Part shown: in pieces, positions 1-8,583 of the stretch | Layout of the letters: each line of letters begins with the position of its first letter | Numbering within the stretch: position 1 is the first letter of the stretch | Virus record (IMG/VR): IMGVR_UViG_3300025087_000090 | Span: 1-52,237 of that record | DNA from: a virus | Taxonomy: Duplodnaviria > Caudoviricetes | Direction: 5' to 3' (one strand) | DNA length: 52,237 bases | Made by a program: the position numbers and the translations under genes | The notes under the pieces: generated by a model | Told to the model about the DNA's origin: nothing | Seen by the model: only the letters and a program-made list of their open reading frames with translations | Database searches by the model: none

Positions 1-5
1 CACAG

Positions 6-131
6 AGGTTGCAAGCGTGCTTATTTCTTCCGCCACCTCTGTGGCATCCGCAAGGTCACAGCCGACTCTCCAGGCTTTTCCTTTGGCTCGGCTTTCCATT
101 CCTCCTCCGAAGTACTCGACATGACCGGGGA
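6..131 (+). repeat. Terminal direct repeat, left copy (126 bp; circular assembly overlap)
   Basis: Positions 6-131 (AGGTTGCAAGCG...ATGACCGGGGA) are identical to 52112-52237. Confidence 0.95.
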
Positions 132-876
132 CATAAACCTCGCAATGGCTACCTTTTCGGATATGTTTAATTTCATAGACGACAAGGTGAGAACCCTCAA
201 TCGAGCGAGAGAGATTCTCATTGCTTATGAGAAATTCATCAAACAAAAAGGTTGGAAGTTTTCTCAAACCTCTGAAACCACCATGGAGATCGCCTTTAAT
301 GCCCCACTTACTTCAAGAATCAATTACGCTGGACGGTGTGATCGTCAATTTGAAAATGGAGATATCGGTGAATGGAAGACCACTTATTATCTCTATAATT
401 CCTCCGGAAATCCCATGCCGTATTTACAACAGTGGTGGGGACATAACTCTATCCGTGGATACGCATGGGCTCAAAAGGCTTCTCATGTGCATATCCTCGG
501 AATCGGGGTCTATCCTCAAAAGCAAGAACGGGGAGGTGATCCATATCCTGGGGTGGAGAGCTTAACCATTCCTATCCAAGAATGGGAGATTAAACAATTT
601 GCCTATGAGGCTGAGGTTATAGGTGAGGAGATAATTGCTTATGCTTCTAAGAATGGTCTCTCTATTGGCAAAGACTTCCAAGAGAATCTTGATAAGACCT
701 TTTATGACAAGCTCTGGCATGGGTTTCCTACAAATACGAGTAGGTGTTACTTCAACTTGAATAATGCCTGTCAATTCGTGGACCTGTGTACGAGGAATGT
801 TCCTAAAGGTTTGGTTCTTGGAAACTACGTGATTGATCCTTTCCTGCCGTGGCTTGAAGACAAGGAGGTAGAGTGA
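121..876 (+). CDS. PD-(D/E)XK (Cas4/RecB-like) exonuclease, C-terminal portion; true start at 52062 across the circular junction
   Basis: E...GRCDR...GEWKTT nuclease motif and a C-terminal Cys cluster (CYFNLNNACQFVDLC). The N-terminus across the junction supplies SSWQGCKRAYFFRH and FGSAFH. Confidence 0.8.
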   Translation: MTGDINLAMATFSDMFNFIDDKVRTLNRAREILIAYEKFIKQKGWKFSQTSETTMEIAFNAPLTSRINYAGRCDRQFENGDIGEWKTTYYLYNSSGNPMPYLQQWWGHNSIRGYAWAQKASHVHILGIGVYPQKQERGGDPYPGVESLTIPIQEWEIKQFAYEAEVIGEEIIAYASKNGLSIGKDFQENLDKTFYDKLWHGFPTNTSRCYFNLNNACQFVDLCTRNVPKGLVLGNYVIDPFLPWLEDKEVE

Positions 877-1091
877 TGAAACTCTCAATGTTTATCACAG
901 AAGGAGCGATATAAATCAACATACAACCTGAAAATAAGTATGAGAAGAAGTTTATAGAAGCTCTTGAAGAGTATGATGGGGTTGTTTCTATAAAGAAGGG
1001 TGTCAGTATCCAAGAATGTCGAGGTGGATACCTCAGAGATTTTGGTTATGAGCAAAGTACAGTGGCAATTTATATACCAAAAAAGGACTAA
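876..1091 (+). pseudogene. Small phage protein interrupted by an in-frame TAA (912-914)
   Basis: SD AAGGAGG upstream. Reads MKLSMFITEGAI*INIQPENKYEKKFIEALEEYDG...QECRGGYLRDFG...KKD* in a single frame and fills an otherwise empty gap. Confidence 0.6.
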
Positions 1092-1127
1092 CCCATGTCC
1101 CACAAACAAGCTAAAAAGGAGCGTCGA

Positions 1128-1358
1128 ATGACAGACAACACCAAGCCTATCCATCCCATGAACCAACAGCTGCCTCCCATTCAAGCACAGATTACTATCA
1201 ACTTCCATGGGAACAACGTTGTAACCTCTAACTTTCCAACCAACATAGCCCTCACCCTCTTCATGATAGGACAGACTCTTGCTCTACTTGGTAGTAAGTG
1301 TGAGTTCAAAGAGGAAAGTCCCATTGTAACTTTACCGAAAGGAGCGAAGTTGATATGA
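1128..1358 (+). CDS. Hypothetical protein
   Basis: SD AAGGAG before ATG 1128; coupled to the next ORF by ATGA. Confidence 0.6.
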   Translation: MTDNTKPIHPMNQQLPPIQAQITINFHGNNVVTSNFPTNIALTLFMIGQTLALLGSKCEFKEESPIVTLPKGAKLI

Positions 1359-1618
1359 TTACCAAACTCTCTCAGAGGTCTACAGTAGGAGAGACAACTT
1401 TGACAATCGAAGAGGCTGAGCACCCTTGCTTAATCATAACATCTAACAAACAAAAAGTTGGAGACTTTGATCTTTTTAGTGTGTGGAGTATGTTGGTTGA
1501 GTTTTTTGCCACCATAGATGCTTCAGAGCAGAACTTGAGTCTTTTAAGAAGAAAGCGTGAGGCTCTTGGAGCTTTGAAGGAAAGAGAGATTTACATACAG
1601 GAGCAAAGGAGGTTGTGA
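1355..1618 (+). CDS. Hypothetical protein
   Basis: Translationally coupled ORF in the operon. Confidence 0.55.
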   Translation: MITKLSQRSTVGETTLTIEEAEHPCLIITSNKQKVGDFDLFSVWSMLVEFFATIDASEQNLSLLRRKREALGALKEREIYIQEQRRL

Positions 1619-1619
1619 A

Positions 1620-1952
1620 ATGAGCAAACGAAACCAATATAAATCTCTTAAAGACGTCCTCCACCTTGCCTACCTCCAAGCCTCTGAGGGCAAGGGCAAA
1701 GAGCGCCATGCCTCAGGTGAGCCTTTCGAGGACCAGCCCATATGCACCATAGCTCGAAAGGTAGGCATTGGGTTCTGCCTTGGTCAAGCTCTTAAGAAGA
1801 TAGAGGAGAGCCGAAGGCTCTCTCAGTATCCAGGGAGGGAAATCGGAGAGCTTCTTGGGGCAATTAATTACATCGCTGGAGCTATTATTGTGATTAATGA
1901 AAGAGCAAAGGAGCGTGCAAGTGCAAAGCCTACTCCGCCTCTCTCAAATTAA
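1620..1952 (+). CDS. Conserved phage protein, probable all-alpha (MazG/dUTPase-like) nucleotide-handling domain
   Basis: GKGKERHA..F..QP...GF.LGQA.KK..E...ELLGAINY pattern; SD AAGGAGG. Fold assignment is inference. Confidence 0.5.
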   Translation: MSKRNQYKSLKDVLHLAYLQASEGKGKERHASGEPFEDQPICTIARKVGIGFCLGQALKKIEESRRLSQYPGREIGELLGAINYIAGAIIVINERAKERASAKPTPPLSN

Positions 1953-3243
1953 AGTCGGCTTTAGGTTCAGAGAGGATCTTGGTGACCTCTCTGACCTTGC
2001 AGAGAAGATAAGGTCCACTAAAGGGTTGAAGTTTAACTTTGTAGTAGTTGAAGAGGTTGAAGAGGGTGGAGACAAAGTCTATCACCTCCTTGCCGGCGGA
2101 CGTCGGGTTAAAGTCTACGAGCTTCTTTCCACCGGACACTCAGATGTGTGGGGTTCTTATACTCCTACTCAAGAGGAGATGGACCACTACCTTTTCGTCC
2201 CATGTACTATCCTCAAAGACCTCACCCCTGAGGACAGACTCAAGGTCGAATTCATCGAGAACATGGGTCGAAAGGACTTCACTTGGCAAGAGGCTTGTAT
2301 GCTTGTGAGTGAGTTGCACAAGAGAAAGGTTGCAAACTTTGGAAACCCCTCTGGAGGTCGAGGCAAATCAGGTTGGTCCATTCGAGACACAGCAGAGTTC
2401 CTTGGTCTTTTACCCTCTCAAGTGGTTGACTACCTCAAACTTGCAGAGGGACTGACCTCATCTCCCAAACTGGCAGAGATTAAACAAAAATCCAAAGCCC
2501 TTTCCAATGTAAAACGTCAAAAGCAAGTGGACCTTGCTAACCTCTTGAATATTACAGACTATACTTTGGGCGATGTGAGAGTAGTCTGTGGCGACTCCAG
2601 TGAGGTTCTACTGGAGGTAGAGGATGAGTCTGTTGATCTCATTATAACTGACCCTCCATGGGGGATTAACTTTGAGGAGGTTACAACAGATGCTCGTACA
2701 GACGCTTATATCTCCTATGACGACAAGTTTGACCCTATGGAGAATCTTGAAATCTTAACTCTATGTTACCAAAAGCTCAAAGAGAACTCTCCCCTCTACA
2801 TGTTCTACTCAGCCATTCCAGAGAAGGTCGTAGAGGGTGTAGAGCTCCTCACCACTACCGGCTTTAAGGTGGAGAGAATTCCTCTTATCTGGTACAAAAA
2901 GCACGTCCTTTCCCATATGAGCGGAGAGACACGCCATATGATAAACTACGAATCCATTCTCTACGCCTGGAAAGGAGAACGTCCATTCCTTAACCACACC
3001 TCTCGAAACATCTTCGAGCATCAAGTGGCCTATCTCAATCGGATTCATTCTGCTGAAAAGAGTGAAGCTCTTTTGGCTGAATTGATTGAGCTTCATACGG
3101 AACAAGGAGCTATGGTCTTAGACCCATGGGGAGGTAGTTGTAAACTGGCTGATGTATGTCGTAAATTACTTCGCCGCTGTCTTGTGGTTGAAAGAGAGCC
3201 TGATTTGGTCAAGATGGCGAGCATGAGATTGGAGGGGGTGTAA
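1921..3243 (+). CDS. ParB-N domain fused to a beta-class N6-adenine/N4-cytosine DNA methyltransferase
   Basis: ParB motifs RFREDLGD, LLAGGRR and ENMGRKDF, then an HTH. MTase motif IV ITDPPW, HSAEK, and SAM-binding VLDPWGGS. GTG 1921 chosen from SD spacing (ORF track starts at 1897). Confidence 0.88.
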   Translation: MQSLLRLSQIKVGFRFREDLGDLSDLAEKIRSTKGLKFNFVVVEEVEEGGDKVYHLLAGGRRVKVYELLSTGHSDVWGSYTPTQEEMDHYLFVPCTILKDLTPEDRLKVEFIENMGRKDFTWQEACMLVSELHKRKVANFGNPSGGRGKSGWSIRDTAEFLGLLPSQVVDYLKLAEGLTSSPKLAEIKQKSKALSNVKRQKQVDLANLLNITDYTLGDVRVVCGDSSEVLLEVEDESVDLIITDPPWGINFEEVTTDARTDAYISYDDKFDPMENLEILTLCYQKLKENSPLYMFYSAIPEKVVEGVELLTTTGFKVERIPLIWYKKHVLSHMSGETRHMINYESILYAWKGERPFLNHTSRNIFEHQVAYLNRIHSAEKSEALLAELIELHTEQGAMVLDPWGGSCKLADVCRKLLRRCLVVEREPDLVKMASMRLEGV

Positions 3244-3509
3244 TGAAAAGACTAATTTTAACCTGTGTGTTTATCCTCATCGCTTCAACCTCCTATGCCA
3301 GAGACAAATGGATAGGTCCAACTTCATCTATTGATCCAATGTGGGGAATGAAAGGTTCTTCCATTATGGTCGAAGCCTTGAGAGACAAACCAAAATCTAA
3401 CCCTCAAGATGACCCTTATTACATGGTCGACCAAATGAACAAAGAAAAAGAACTCAAGAACCTCAAGAGAGAAATCAACAGACTCAAGAGTGAAAGAGGA
3501 GAGTGGTAA
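3243..3509 (+). CDS. Small exported protein with a Sec signal peptide
   Basis: MKRLILTCVFILIASTSYA has an n/h/c-region pattern with S-Y-A cleavage; C-terminal coiled coil. Confidence 0.6.
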   Translation: MKRLILTCVFILIASTSYARDKWIGPTSSIDPMWGMKGSSIMVEALRDKPKSNPQDDPYYMVDQMNKEKELKNLKREINRLKSERGEW

Positions 3510-3510
3510 T

Positions 3511-3702
3511 ATGATCAAACGACAATCTGATCCTATTTTACCAAAACGAAGAGCAAATAGTTCAAGAGTGCTTTCCGTCGATATTGGCATCTGTGTTAGC
3601 TGTAAGGAGATTGCCATGGTCAATATGGATGAGTTGTGTTTCTACTGTTGGAGAGAACGAGAAAATGCTAAGAAGACAAGTCTGGCTCATAAAACACCCT
3701 GA
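3511..3702 (+). CDS. Small Cys-rich (CxxC...CxxC) protein
   Basis: CVSC and CFYC; SD GAGGAG. Confidence 0.5.
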   Translation: MIKRQSDPILPKRRANSSRVLSVDIGICVSCKEIAMVNMDELCFYCWRERENAKKTSLAHKTP

Positions 3703-3832
3703 GAGGGAAATAACTACAACATACAAAATCCATAACTGTAAAAGGCTCGTCAGCCAAAACGATTGGTTCATTGTATCTACAACCTATTGTCCATTCTGCA
3801 AGGAGATTCTTAATGCTCCGACGACAAGTTGA
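3665..3832 (+). CDS. Small zinc-ribbon protein
   Basis: HNC...YCPFC; begins MLRRQV like the downstream polymerase. Confidence 0.5.
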   Translation: MLRRQVWLIKHPEREITTTYKIHNCKRLVSQNDWFIVSTTYCPFCKEILNAPTTS

Positions 3833-5555
3833 AGGCTCAGGCCCACTTGACTCACCAGTACTCTTATTGGGGGAGGCTCCAGGCTCTACCGAAGTGGCAG
3901 GGATTCCTTCTAAGAATATCCTCCCCTCTCCATTCATAGGTTGGAGTGGTCAGTTTCTCCAAGAAATGTGTGAGAGGGCAGGCATAGACTTCTGGAACGG
4001 AATTAGACGAGACAATGTCGTCCAAGAACAGCCCTATAAAAACGACTTCTCTATCTACTACCGAGACAAAGCTCAAAGGGAGCCAACCCCTGAGCTCTTG
4101 GCTTGGTATGCTGACCTAAGGCGTCGTATTCTCCTCCAACGCCCAAAGGTTATAATTGCAGCAGGGGATCAACCTTTGTTTGCCTTGACAGGGAACAAGA
4201 GCTCTACCAAATGGCGAGGCTCAGTTGTTCCATACCAATCCCAAGACCTCAACTGTTGGATAGTGCCCATAGTCCATCCATCCTATGCTCGTCGATGTTT
4301 CAATATGACCTCCTCGAAAAGGAAGGAAGTTCGTCAGCCTTGGTTTCATATTACTGTCTTTGATTTGATCAAGGCTAAGAGGGTGTCTCAAGAGGGATGG
4401 AAGCCTTTGGAAAGGGTGGAGAAGATATTCCCATCTTACTATGAAGTTATGGAGTACCTCGACCAACTTCTCTCTATGCCCTCAGACACTTTAATCACCA
4501 CTGACGTTGAGACAATTCGACGAGAGCATATTAAATGTGTGGGCCTTACTCACTCCAAAGACTACGCCATGTGCATCCCCTTTGTAGCGAGTGGAGCAGG
4601 GAAGCCTTATTATTCCATCGTCCAAGAAGCTGAAATTTGGCTCATGCTTGAGAAGGTGTTCTCTACTCATCTACTCTGCGGCCAAACCATAGCCTTCGAC
4701 GCTGCTATGTTTTGGAGAGACATAAAAGGGTTTGAATTAGAAGAGTCTGTCCACATAGACACAGCGATCCTTCACTCTCTCTTATACCCCGAGCTCAAAC
4801 ACGATCTTGGTTTCCTCGCTTCTATCTACACCGATATGCCATACTTTAAGTACCTCGGTCGGCTCTCTGAGAGCAAGTCCAACATAGGCCAGACTTTTGA
4901 GTATAACTGCTTCGACGTCCAATCCACCCATGAGTGTGCGGAGGAGCTTATCAAAGAGGCCAAGCGAGAAGGTATGTGGGATTATTATCTCTCAAAGAGA
5001 TTGCCTCTTGCTAAATGGGCCATTCGACAGCATAGACATGGGCTAAGTATAGACGAAGGTCGAAGAGAGACCATCCTCAAGAGCCTTTGGTATGAGGAGA
5101 TCCTTCCTCTCCAAACCATGCTTGATGAGTGTCTATGTGAGGTAGGTTGGCTCGGAGCTTGTACTTTTACCAAGACCAAAGTTAATAAACTTCAAGCTCT
5201 TGGCCTTGATGTTGATGGTACTCAAGAGGGGTTGAATACAAGCTCCCCTCAGCAGGTGGTGGCTTTGCTTAGAGCTTTGGGGTATGTGGTCTCTGATTCA
5301 AGCGAGGAGACCTTAACCTCACTTGCTGAGAGTTCAGTAGTGGCAAAGGCCATCTTGCAACTAAGGTCAGGATTCTCTCTCCTCACCTCCGTTGCTAAAC
5401 CTACCGATAAAGATGGAAGGTTTAGAACCTCTATTAATCTCCATGTTACTGAAACCACTCGGTTGTCATCTACCAAATCCCACTATGGTGGAGGAGCAAA
5501 TATGCAAAATGTGACGAGAAAGGCACGGCCTTTGTTTTGTGGAGGTGTGGAATAA
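3813..5555 (+). CDS. polA: Family A DNA polymerase, N-terminal gene: UDG family-4-like domain, 3'-5' exonuclease, thumb and start of palm
   Basis: LLGEAPG..E, PFIG.SG and HPSY (UDG-like); TDVET, AFD and YNCFDV (Exo I-III); TTRLSS and NMQNV (PolA). Ends just before motif A. SD AAGGAG before ATG 3813. Confidence 0.9.
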   Translation: MLRRQVEGSGPLDSPVLLLGEAPGSTEVAGIPSKNILPSPFIGWSGQFLQEMCERAGIDFWNGIRRDNVVQEQPYKNDFSIYYRDKAQREPTPELLAWYADLRRRILLQRPKVIIAAGDQPLFALTGNKSSTKWRGSVVPYQSQDLNCWIVPIVHPSYARRCFNMTSSKRKEVRQPWFHITVFDLIKAKRVSQEGWKPLERVEKIFPSYYEVMEYLDQLLSMPSDTLITTDVETIRREHIKCVGLTHSKDYAMCIPFVASGAGKPYYSIVQEAEIWLMLEKVFSTHLLCGQTIAFDAAMFWRDIKGFELEESVHIDTAILHSLLYPELKHDLGFLASIYTDMPYFKYLGRLSESKSNIGQTFEYNCFDVQSTHECAEELIKEAKREGMWDYYLSKRLPLAKWAIRQHRHGLSIDEGRRETILKSLWYEEILPLQTMLDECLCEVGWLGACTFTKTKVNKLQALGLDVDGTQEGLNTSSPQQVVALLRALGYVVSDSSEETLTSLAESSVVAKAILQLRSGFSLLTSVAKPTDKDGRFRTSINLHVTETTRLSSTKSHYGGGANMQNVTRKARPLFCGGVE

Positions 5556-5773
5556 TGTTGTCTAAAAAATATTTCATATCAGGTACGTACTTTACAAGAC
5601 AAGAGATAACTCAAGACGAATTTGTTAAAGCTGAGCGAGCTCATGGATTTTATCCAAAATATGGTCTTGGTCCTGAGGCAACAGGAGGCTTTTCATGCGG
5701 TTTGATTTGGTACTCTATTGAATACAATGATATGGAGGAGAAGGATGAAACGCAAGCTCCTAATCGAAGCTGA
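5555..5773 (+). CDS. Small hypothetical protein inserted between the two polymerase genes
   Basis: TAATG stop/start overlap, SD GGAGG, 72 aa (EITQDEFVKAERAHGFYPK...ATGGFS). Confidence 0.65.
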   Translation: MLSKKYFISGTYFTRQEITQDEFVKAERAHGFYPKYGLGPEATGGFSCGLIWYSIEYNDMEEKDETQAPNRS

Positions 5774-6521
5774 CCTCTCCCAAGCTGAGGCAAGAGCAGT
5801 AGCCTACTACTGTGGTGATGAAGGCATGAAAAACCTCTTCAAACAAAAGATCGACATCCATGTCGACAGAGCCTTGATGATCTTAGAGGTCGAGGAGAAA
5901 CATTATGAATATGAGGACTTTAAACAAATGTACGTTGATGGAAACAAACTTGCAAAACAATATCGACAAGGAGCTAAAGCTGTTGGTGTCCATGCTACCA
6001 ACTACGACGTCGGCCCTCGCACAGTTGTTAATTCTCTTAGACACCATGGGATCTTCCTTAGCACACGACAAGAAAAATGTCTCCGAGCTAATACACACAA
6101 CAGATTTCCTGGTATCCGATTATATCAATATGGTGTACAGCAAGCTCTCAAATCCTCTCGTACTCTCCATACCGCCAAAGGAATGAAACGCTACTTCTTT
6201 TCCAAACTTGACGACAACACCTTCCGTCGAGCCTATGCCTTCCTCCCTCAATGCACCGTGGCGGAGATAACCAATGATGCCATTGTAAAAATGGAGCCTT
6301 TGATTCGAACCTTGGATGGCTTTGTTCTCCTCCAGGTCCATGACTCTGTATTGGTTGAAGTGCCTGAGAGAAATGTCCAAGAGGCCTATGAGATCATAGT
6401 GTCCTCCATGACTCAACCCATAGATGTCTACCCCTTCTATGGAGACTCTGATGTTATGACCATACCTGTGGATGTCAAATGGGGCACTCATTGGGGGGAG
6501 CTAAGAGATTGGACAAACTAA
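5745..6521 (+). CDS. polA: Family A DNA polymerase, C-terminal catalytic gene (motifs A, B, C)
   Basis: ADLSQAEAR (A), RQGAKAVGVHATNY (B), LLQVHDS (C); own SD GGAGGAG before ATG 5745. Confidence 0.9.
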   Translation: MKRKLLIEADLSQAEARAVAYYCGDEGMKNLFKQKIDIHVDRALMILEVEEKHYEYEDFKQMYVDGNKLAKQYRQGAKAVGVHATNYDVGPRTVVNSLRHHGIFLSTRQEKCLRANTHNRFPGIRLYQYGVQQALKSSRTLHTAKGMKRYFFSKLDDNTFRRAYAFLPQCTVAEITNDAIVKMEPLIRTLDGFVLLQVHDSVLVEVPERNVQEAYEIIVSSMTQPIDVYPFYGDSDVMTIPVDVKWGTHWGELRDWTN

Positions 6522-6695
6522 AAACCCACTCTCACCTTTGGAATAGACAAACAACCTATCCAAACATCAAGTCGCTTTGTGGGCTTTTGTTTAGAGACGT
6601 TGTTGCAGGAACACCATGGGGTTCTACCATCACAGGAGTCAAACAAGATATCACTTGTCCCATTTGTCTTTTGAGGCTTAAGTGGAGGAGATAAA

Positions 6696-6905
6696 ATGCA
6701 ATCACATAAAATTAACATAAGCACCCATACAAAAACAGAAACTGGATATTGCAGACGTTGCAAATCTTACAATTGTCGAATGATTATGTACATACCAAAG
6801 TATGATAGAATATGGACTTGGGAAGAGAGGTATAAAAGAATTATGATAGGTGCTACTTATAATCCAAACTACGATGAGAACTCTGAATGGAACCCTGGCT
6901 CCTAA
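6696..6905 (+). CDS. Hypothetical Cys-containing protein
   Basis: SD GGAGGAG; CRRC. Confidence 0.5.
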   Translation: MQSHKINISTHTKTETGYCRRCKSYNCRMIMYIPKYDRIWTWEERYKRIMIGATYNPNYDENSEWNPGS

Positions 6906-7201
6906 TGCGGATGCTTGAGGACCACTCATGTCCAAGCTATAAACACTGTTTCAACAAAGCTGCCCATGACCCTATCAACGACAAATACGTACCCTGCTAT
7001 GAGTGCATGGGAGGTAAACTCATGGATCAAACATTCCACTGCTCCAACTGCAAAACAGTTTGGAAGCCTGACAATAACGACTGGACTCTTTCCAAGCTCA
7101 TCCAATGCCCTTTTTGCAACAAACGCTACCTCGTCGCTGTCTTTATAAAAGAAGGAAAATTGGCAGGAGAAATCCTTCATGCAACAGCGACTACTAAGTA
7201 A
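6887..7201 (+). CDS. Zinc-finger protein (possible internal in-frame start at 7022)
   Basis: Several CxxC pairs; internal SD GGGAGG precedes MDQTFHCSNC. Confidence 0.5.
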   Translation: MEPWLLMRMLEDHSCPSYKHCFNKAAHDPINDKYVPCYECMGGKLMDQTFHCSNCKTVWKPDNNDWTLSKLIQCPFCNKRYLVAVFIKEGKLAGEILHATATTK

Positions 7202-8381
7202 CTGGATCGAATCATATTTACACTTCACTCGACACGATGAATCACCAGAGCAATTCCACAGGTGGACAGCTTACACCATCCTCGCTGCAGCTGTCAATCG
7301 AAACATATGGATGAGTACAAGAGGCTATTATAAACTCTTTCCAAACTTATATGTGCTCTTCATTGGTCCAAGTGGAGTGGGGAAGTCAAGTTCATCTGGT
7401 ATAGGGGTTGAGGTTCTGAGAGAGACAACGCTTAAGGTTAATATCTATAAGGACTTTATAACTCCTCCAGCTTTAATGGAGTTCATGAGTCGTTCTTCTG
7501 TCTCTACAGAGTTTCAATTTGGAGGCAAGACTGTTATTACACAGAAGACTCCATTACTCCTATACGCCAGTGAGCTTGGAAACCTTCTTTCTATTCGTTC
7601 GGGGATTAGAGAACTTACCCTTTTACTCACCGAGCTCTTCAATAAACAAGGAGACCATGAGGACACCACCAACAAAAGAGGCACTATTAAGATAAAAAAA
7701 CCAAGTGTCACCTTCTTTGCCTGTTGCTTTCCAGAGTGGATTGAGGAGGAATTAGTTTCAATCTCTCTCAGGTCTGGATTCTTAGGAAGGATGTTAGTAG
7801 TAACAGGAAACGCAAAGAGGCATAGATCGTCTAGTATCAAACTAACCCCTCAAGACATGACACTTCGAAAGGCTCTCATCCATGACCTTGAAATCATAGG
7901 AGCTCTCTACGGAGAATTCAAATGGAGTCCAGACGCAGAGACTATGTGGGACACTTGGTATAATGATCAGCCTATGGACATGTCTTCTGATGGCATGGAG
8001 ATAGCAGGGTTTGGTTCTCGACGAGAACAATTTGCCCAAAGGCTTGCTATGCTTACAGCGGTGGGGAGGGGGAACGATCCCATTATTGAAGTTTCCGACC
8101 TCAAAACTGGAATCGGTATGGTGTCCTACTGTGAGAGGAATATTAAAAAGATGGGGTCCTCAAGTGATGAATATAAAACAACGGCAAAGGTAAAAAAGAA
8201 CCTAACCACCTTTTGTAAACACGTACCTCATACTGAAATTGACTTAGGCTTGTTAATGAAACGGGTTTCTAAATGGGCTAATAAGAGAAAGTTGGAAGAG
8301 GTCTTAGATCAACTGTCCCTTGAAGGGTTCATCAATGTTCGAGGCAGGAAAATTATAATTGAAGGCCCATTTGAGGATTAA
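7179..8381 (+). CDS. DUF3987-type AAA+ ATPase, putative replicative helicase
   Basis: ESPEQFHRW, PNLYVLFIGPSGVGKSS (Walker A), ASELG (Walker B-like), GFLGR arginine-finger region, winged-helix-like C-terminus. Confidence 0.78.
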   Translation: MQQRLLSNWIESYLHFTRHDESPEQFHRWTAYTILAAAVNRNIWMSTRGYYKLFPNLYVLFIGPSGVGKSSSSGIGVEVLRETTLKVNIYKDFITPPALMEFMSRSSVSTEFQFGGKTVITQKTPLLLYASELGNLLSIRSGIRELTLLLTELFNKQGDHEDTTNKRGTIKIKKPSVTFFACCFPEWIEEELVSISLRSGFLGRMLVVTGNAKRHRSSSIKLTPQDMTLRKALIHDLEIIGALYGEFKWSPDAETMWDTWYNDQPMDMSSDGMEIAGFGSRREQFAQRLAMLTAVGRGNDPIIEVSDLKTGIGMVSYCERNIKKMGSSSDEYKTTAKVKKNLTTFCKHVPHTEIDLGLLMKRVSKWANKRKLEEVLDQLSLEGFINVRGRKIIIEGPFED

Positions 8382-8385
8382 GGAA

Positions 8386-8406
8386 AGTGTTCATAATTTG
8401 AGCACT
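8386..8406. promoter_or_regulatory. 21-bp palindromic element AGTGTTCA-N5-TGAACACT, copy 1
   Basis: AGTGTTCATAATTTGAGCACT directly followed by AAGGAG. Confidence 0.75.
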
Positions 8407-8418
8407 AAGGAGAGCTAC

Positions 8419-8583
8419 ATGATAACAACCTTAGGCATGTCTAAACACAGAAAGAGTGGAACACCACCAACAAACACCCATTTTACAGGAAAGAGAAAAG
8501 GTCCTGGCGGCACTAAGAAAAGAGTAGTACGACCACAAAAACAAAAACACAAAAATAAGTATGAGCATAAAAGGGGGTTATAA
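8419..8583 (+). CDS. Small, highly basic protein
   Basis: SD AAGGAG; 54 aa, K/R-rich. Confidence 0.5.
   Translation: MITTLGMSKHRKSGTPPTNTHFTGKRKGPGGTKKRVVRPQKQKHKNKYEHKRGL

Noticed and set aside
6-131. Terminal repeat as a biological T7-like DTR or att site
   Set aside because: It lies inside a coding sequence and its length fits an assembler k-mer overlap.
5556-5744. Group I intron or split intein in the polymerase
   Set aside because: No recognisable P7 core or homing endonuclease, no Cys/Ser...His-Asn intein termini, and both downstream ORFs have their own SD. Not excluded without RT-PCR.
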